DNA of 40,016 bases from Armatimonadota bacterium (GTDB lineage: Bacteria > Armatimonadota > JAAZEB01), in contig JACQGM010000334.1 of NCBI GenBank assembly GCA_016199585.1, forward strand, positions 1-40,016, written 5' to 3'. Made by a program: the position numbers and the translations under genes. The notes beneath the pieces are model-generated. The model was not told the DNA's origin, made no database searches, and saw nothing but the letters and a program-made list of their open reading frames with translations. Below, one piece after another: positions 35,822-40,016 of this stretch. The stretch's first letter is position 1, and each line of letters opens with the position of its first letter.

Positions 35822-37576
35822 ATGGACACCGAACGCTTCCGACTGCGTGCGCTGCTGGCGGTGCTGCTGTGCCTCTCAGCGCTGGGACCGGTGTGGGGTG
35901 CGGCGGGTGGGGCACACCTGGTGGTGCTGCACCTCAACGACGTGCATGGGCAACTGGAGCCGGGGGTGACGGTCACCGGCGAGAGCGTGGGTGGGATGGC
36001 GCGGGTGGCAACGCTGGTGCGGCAGGTGCGGGCGGAGAACCCCGACCGGGTGCTGTTGCTGCACGCGGGTGACATCCTCTCGCGCGGCGATGCCCTCACG
36101 GTCCACGATGGCGGGGCCCTAAGCTTCCGGCTGCTGGAGATGATCGGCGTGGATGCCCTGGTGCCCGGGAACGGCGAGTTCTACTTCGGCCTGGACAACC
36201 TGATGCATCTGACCCGCCATGCGCGCGTCCCCGTGCTGTTCTCGAACCTGGCGCGCCGCTCCGATGGCAAGCGGCCCTTTGGGTCGTTCGTCGTCAAGCG
36301 CGTGGGTGGGGTGACGGTCGGGATCCTCGGGCTTGGATTCATCCGTGTGGAGCATCCCGCCTCGCGCACGCTGGAACTCCGCGACGCCATCGCGGAAGCC
36401 CGGCAGCGGGTGCCCGAGCTGCGCCCGCGCGTGGATCTGCTCATCGCGCTGACGCACATCGGCTTCGGCGCCGACCAGAAGCTGGCCGCCGAGGTGCCGG
36501 AGCTGGACCTGGTGGTGGGTGGGCACAGCCACACCCGCCTGCTGAAGCCACGGCGCGTGCCCCGGACGGGTGCCCCCGGCGAGGTGGTGGTGGTGCAGGC
36601 CGGCGAACTCACCCGCGACCTGGGACGGGTGGATATTGACCTGGAGCCGGACGGTTCGCGGATGCGCGTCGCCCGCATCGAGGCGAAGCCGCTGCCGGTG
36701 AACGCCGAGGTGCCGGAGGACCCGCGTATTGCCGCGGCCCTGAAGAAGGCCCGCGCGCCCATGGAGCGGGTGATCTTCGAGTCGGAGGTGGCCCTGGCCA
36801 ACCCGAAGGAGGGGGAGATCCCCGCGGGGCAATTCGTCGCCGAGGTGGTACGCCGTGAAGCCGGCGCGGACCTGGCGCTGCTGGACCGGGGCTCCGTGGC
36901 CGGCGATATCCGCCCCGGCAAGAACACCTGGGCAGACATCTATCGCATCCACCCCTGGCGCAACCGCGTGCTGCTGCTCACCAGCACCGGCGCGCAGGTG
37001 GTCGAGGCACTGGCGAAGCTGGATGCTCACTCCGGCGGGTGCATGTTCGGCAAGGAAAAGGGTGCCGTGCGCGACATGGTGGTTGGCGGCCGAGCCCTTG
37101 AGCCCGAGAAGCACTACCGTCTGGCGGTGGACCATTACCTCTACGGCACGATACCGATGCTACAGGCGATCCCGAGCCGCGATACGGGTCAGCGGATCGA
37201 TACACTCCTGGTGCGCCACCTGAAGCGCGTGAAGGTGCTGCGCACGGCGCCCACGGGCGGGCGTAAGATGTATGCAAACACGCAGCGTGGGCCGAGACGG
37301 AGCGCGGCCCCTACGAAGACACTGGGGCAGGGTCGCTGCTCCGTCCGCGACCACAACGCGCATTGCCAGCGGAGGACTCCCGCCCAACCCGGCCCGGCAG
37401 GATTCGCGCGAGCCAGGACAGAACCCGGGGCCTGGCAGGTCACGGGAGTAAGAGGGCGGATCCCGCCCCCGTCCTTGGCGCGGGCGCGTCTCGATCCGGG
37501 GGTAGCTCCCGGTCCGAGGCACGGCGTTCTGCGTCCTGGTGGGGTGCAGGACCGCGGTGGGAGTAGGTGGCAATGA
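35822..37576 (+). CDS. secreted metallophosphatase / 5'-nucleotidase family protein (last ~100 codons probably spurious read-through)
   Basis: Signal peptide; HLNDVHG, AGD, GNGEF, LTHIG, GGHSH; 5'-nucleotidase C domain ends near 37250. Confidence 0.85.
   Translation: MDTERFRLRALLAVLLCLSALGPVWGAAGGAHLVVLHLNDVHGQLEPGVTVTGESVGGMARVATLVRQVRAENPDRVLLLHAGDILSRGDALTVHDGGALSFRLLEMIGVDALVPGNGEFYFGLDNLMHLTRHARVPVLFSNLARRSDGKRPFGSFVVKRVGGVTVGILGLGFIRVEHPASRTLELRDAIAEARQRVPELRPRVDLLIALTHIGFGADQKLAAEVPELDLVVGGHSHTRLLKPRRVPRTGAPGEVVVVQAGELTRDLGRVDIDLEPDGSRMRVARIEAKPLPVNAEVPEDPRIAAALKKARAPMERVIFESEVALANPKEGEIPAGQFVAEVVRREAGADLALLDRGSVAGDIRPGKNTWADIYRIHPWRNRVLLLTSTGAQVVEALAKLDAHSGGCMFGKEKGAVRDMVVGGRALEPEKHYRLAVDHYLYGTIPMLQAIPSRDTGQRIDTLLVRHLKRVKVLRTAPTGGRKMYANTQRGPRRSAAPTKTLGQGRCSVRDHNAHCQRRTPAQPGPAGFARARTEPGAWQVTGVRGRIPPPSLARARLDPGVAPGPRHGVLRPGGVQDRGGSRWQ
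37289..37352. repeat. degenerate REP doublet
   Basis: GGGCCGAGACGGAGCGCGGCCCCTACG and GCAGGGTCGCTGCTCCGTCCGCGACC; similar to units at 15491-15517 and 20923-20949. Confidence 0.6.
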
Positions 37577-37920
37577 CCATAGTGGATGCAGACCGGAAGA
37601 TCGCCTTGTCGGAACTGCAAGATATGGCGAGCAGGTTGTTCGGCGACCTGGTCAAGGCGGTCGTTGATGTTCGGAAGCGGACCATGGTCGTGGATGCTGA
37701 GCTTCATGCCGACCAGGAGGCCTACCTGCTCGAAGAGGGGTCGGACCAGGACGACCTGTGGGGGATCAACCTTCACCCGGACCAGCCTGAGGAGGACTGG
37801 ATAGAGTTCGACTCGATGATCAACGTGAGACCCCGACAAGGGAATCCCTCGCGCGGGGTCCTCGATGAGGAGGTTCGCCGCGAGATCGCGAGCGTCGTCA
37901 ACGGCCTGGTGACGAGATGA
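37573..37920 (+). CDS. DUF5674 family protein
   Basis: LVKAVVDV, DAELHAD.E..LLE.GS.Q.DLWGINL.P, IEFDSMINVRP.QGN.SRGV pattern recognised from memory. Confidence 0.75.
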   Translation: MTIVDADRKIALSELQDMASRLFGDLVKAVVDVRKRTMVVDAELHADQEAYLLEEGSDQDDLWGINLHPDQPEEDWIEFDSMINVRPRQGNPSRGVLDEEVRREIASVVNGLVTR

Positions 37921-38285
37921 CGTACCAGCACAAGACACAGGCAGAGGGCGCATGGAACAAGCTCAGCCTGGTGGAGCAGATGGCCAACGTCGGCTCCGAG
38001 GTGGGCCGGGCAATCAACTGGCGGGAGAAGAGGCCGGAGTACGCCACGTCGTGCTTCTACCGCTCTCTTGAGCTGCTATCGCTGACTCTGGCCGACCCGA
38101 AGAACAAGGGCCGCCTGAAGGAGGTTGCCAGAGCCAAGGAACTCTGGACCGACTTCTTCTTCGGGGAGAACGTCTACCACTCCGACGCCGCCTCCTTCGA
38201 GCGCTACTTCTACGCCTTTGCCTGTGCCGCGCAGTTGCGCCGGCGGCAGGCGCGCTCCCACGCCATGGCATCCGAGGAAGGGTGA
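37917..38285 (+). CDS. conserved helical hypothetical protein coupled to DUF5674
   Basis: ATGA overlap; W..LSLVEQMANVGSEV.RA..W, LELL.LT..D, E..RA.E...DFF. Confidence 0.75.
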   Translation: MTYQHKTQAEGAWNKLSLVEQMANVGSEVGRAINWREKRPEYATSCFYRSLELLSLTLADPKNKGRLKEVARAKELWTDFFFGENVYHSDAASFERYFYAFACAAQLRRRQARSHAMASEEG

Positions 38286-38301
38286 ACCATAGGATAGAGA
38301 C

Positions 38302-39996
38302 ATGCCGACGATTACTGCAAGATTGGATGACCTGCAGCACCTGATGGGCGAGACGCTCGCCGCGGCCGAGCTGGCGAAGCGGCTGCCGCTGGCGAAGGCC
38401 GAGCTGAAGCGCGACGAAGAGGGCGAGCTGACCATCGAGTTCAACGATACCAACCGGCCGGACCTCTGGTCGGCCGAGGGACTGGCCCGCCAACTGCGGG
38501 CCCACACCGAGGGCGGGCCCCAGGCCTATCCCTGCTTCGTGGTGCCAGCTCAGCCGGCAGTCGAACTTGGGGGCACCATTGAGGTGAGCCCCGGCCTGCG
38601 CGAGATCCGGCCCTACATCGCGGGCTTCGTGGTGAAGGGGATCACTATTACCGACGAGGGCCTGAAGCAGTTCATCCAGAGCCAGGAGAAGCTCTCCGAG
38701 AACTTCGGCAACAAGCGCTCGGCGGTCTCCATCGGTATTTACGACGCCGCGCGCATCGCCTGGCCGGTCCGCTACTGCGACGCCGACCCGCAGACCGCCG
38801 CCTTCGTGCCCCTCGGCTTCGACGAGCCGATGACGCTGCGCGAGATCCTGGAGCGCCATCCCAAGGGCATTGACTACCGCTACACCCTGGAGGGGCAGCC
38901 GCGCTATCCGCTCCTCATAGATGCCAAGGACGAGGTGCTCTCCTTCCCGCCGATCATCAACAGCCGCGCCCTGGGCGAGGTGAAGGTGGGCGACGACCAC
39001 CTCCTGGTGGAAGTGACCGGCAGCGAGATGCACCAGGTGATCCTGGCGTGCAACATCCTCGCGGCCAACGCCGTGGACCGCGGCGGCACCATCCACCCCG
39101 TCCGCTGCGCCCACCCCTACGACACACCCTTCGGGCGCGACGTGGTCACGCCGTTCGATTTCCAGGACACCGTGGCGGTCGAGGCGGCGGACGTGGCGGC
39201 GATGCTCGGGCAGGAGGTGCCGGTGGAGGCGCTGCGCCGGGGCCTGGCGGCCTACGGGCTGGGCGTCGAGGCGCGCGATGGCCGCCTCGTTGTCAGGCTG
39301 CCGCCCTATCGCCGCGACTACATGCACCCGGTAGACGCCATCGAGGACTATGCCATCAGCGCCGGCTACAACACCTTCGAGCCGGAGATGCCCGCCGAGT
39401 ACACCGTCGGCGAGCAGAGCGCCATCGAGGGGCTGGCCGACCAGGTGCGCGACCTGATGGTGGGACAGGGCTTCGCGGAGATCATGACCAACGTCCTCAC
39501 CGCGAAGCCCGACTCCACCACGCGCGTCGGCCTCCCCGAGGGGCGCGTCGTCGAGATTGACAACGTGATGTCGGAGCTGTACGCGGTGCTGCGCAACTCG
39601 CTGGTGCCGTCGCTGCTGCGCATGGAGAGCATCAGCTCGCGCGCCACCTACCCGCACCGCGTCTTCGAGCTGGGCGAGGTGCAGGTCTACGACGAAGGCG
39701 CCGACCTGAAGAGCCGCACGGAGGTCCGCCTGGGCGCCCTCATCGCGCACTCCGCCGCCAGCTTCTCCGAGGCGCACTCCTGCCTCGATGGCCTCCTCTA
39801 CTACCTGGACCGGAAGTACGAGCTGGCCCCCGTGGCGCACGGCACCTTCATCCCCGGCCGCGCGGGCGAGATCCGCATCGGCGGCCGCCCCGCCGGCTTC
39901 ATCGGCGAGGCACACCCCGCGGTGCTGGAGGAGTGGGGCATCGCCATGCCCTGCGCGCTGTTCGAGGTGGTGGTGGACGTGCTGGGGGAGGGGTGA
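38302..39996 (+). CDS. pheT: phenylalanine--tRNA ligase beta subunit, archaeal/eukaryotic type
   Basis: 564 aa; MPTI start, DTNRPDLWSAEGLAR, VLSFPPIINS, PPYRRDYMHPVDAIED, LRNSLVPSLL; lacks the bacterial B2 OB-fold and B8 anticodon-binding domains. Confidence 0.96.
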   Translation: MPTITARLDDLQHLMGETLAAAELAKRLPLAKAELKRDEEGELTIEFNDTNRPDLWSAEGLARQLRAHTEGGPQAYPCFVVPAQPAVELGGTIEVSPGLREIRPYIAGFVVKGITITDEGLKQFIQSQEKLSENFGNKRSAVSIGIYDAARIAWPVRYCDADPQTAAFVPLGFDEPMTLREILERHPKGIDYRYTLEGQPRYPLLIDAKDEVLSFPPIINSRALGEVKVGDDHLLVEVTGSEMHQVILACNILAANAVDRGGTIHPVRCAHPYDTPFGRDVVTPFDFQDTVAVEAADVAAMLGQEVPVEALRRGLAAYGLGVEARDGRLVVRLPPYRRDYMHPVDAIEDYAISAGYNTFEPEMPAEYTVGEQSAIEGLADQVRDLMVGQGFAEIMTNVLTAKPDSTTRVGLPEGRVVEIDNVMSELYAVLRNSLVPSLLRMESISSRATYPHRVFELGEVQVYDEGADLKSRTEVRLGALIAHSAASFSEAHSCLDGLLYYLDRKYELAPVAHGTFIPGRAGEIRIGGRPAGFIGEAHPAVLEEWGIAMPCALFEVVVDVLGEG

Positions 39997-40016
39997 GGGG
40001 CATAGGCGTTAACATA

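Noticed and set aside
35783-40010. ATAGGCGTT present right after both pheS (35783) and pheT (40002)
   Set aside because: Only 9 bp, and the second copy is at the window edge, so an att site or duplication cannot be supported.

Overview
High-GC (about 70% by eye) bacterial DNA. Gene content (S55 peptidase, three UroD-family paralogues, many carbohydrate/esterase genes, sigmaH-like promoters) suggests a Terrabacteria lineage such as Armatimonadota; this is an inference only. Left to right: a SpoIVB/S55 peptidase running off the left edge behind a long structured leader; a fused type IIG-like restriction-modification enzyme; a large secreted glycoside-hydrolase-like protein; a Phd-VapC pair; M28 peptidase, UroD-like and DegT genes separated by REP doublets; an IS remnant and a MITE in front of a lower-GC orphan WbdD-like methyltransferase/kinase; esterases, an M55 peptidase, a GH95-like enzyme; a divergent LysR / selD-tauE selenium module in which SelD carries an in-frame UGA (selenocysteine) missed by the ORF track; a DUF4432 epimerase, an SRPBCC protein, a leaderless VapBC pair, a WD40 protein; and an archaeal-type pheS...pheT pair split by three genes (atypical 5'-nucleotidase, DUF5674 and a helical partner). 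No rRNA, tRNA or CRISPR array was seen. All family assignments come from motif recognition and memory, not database searches.
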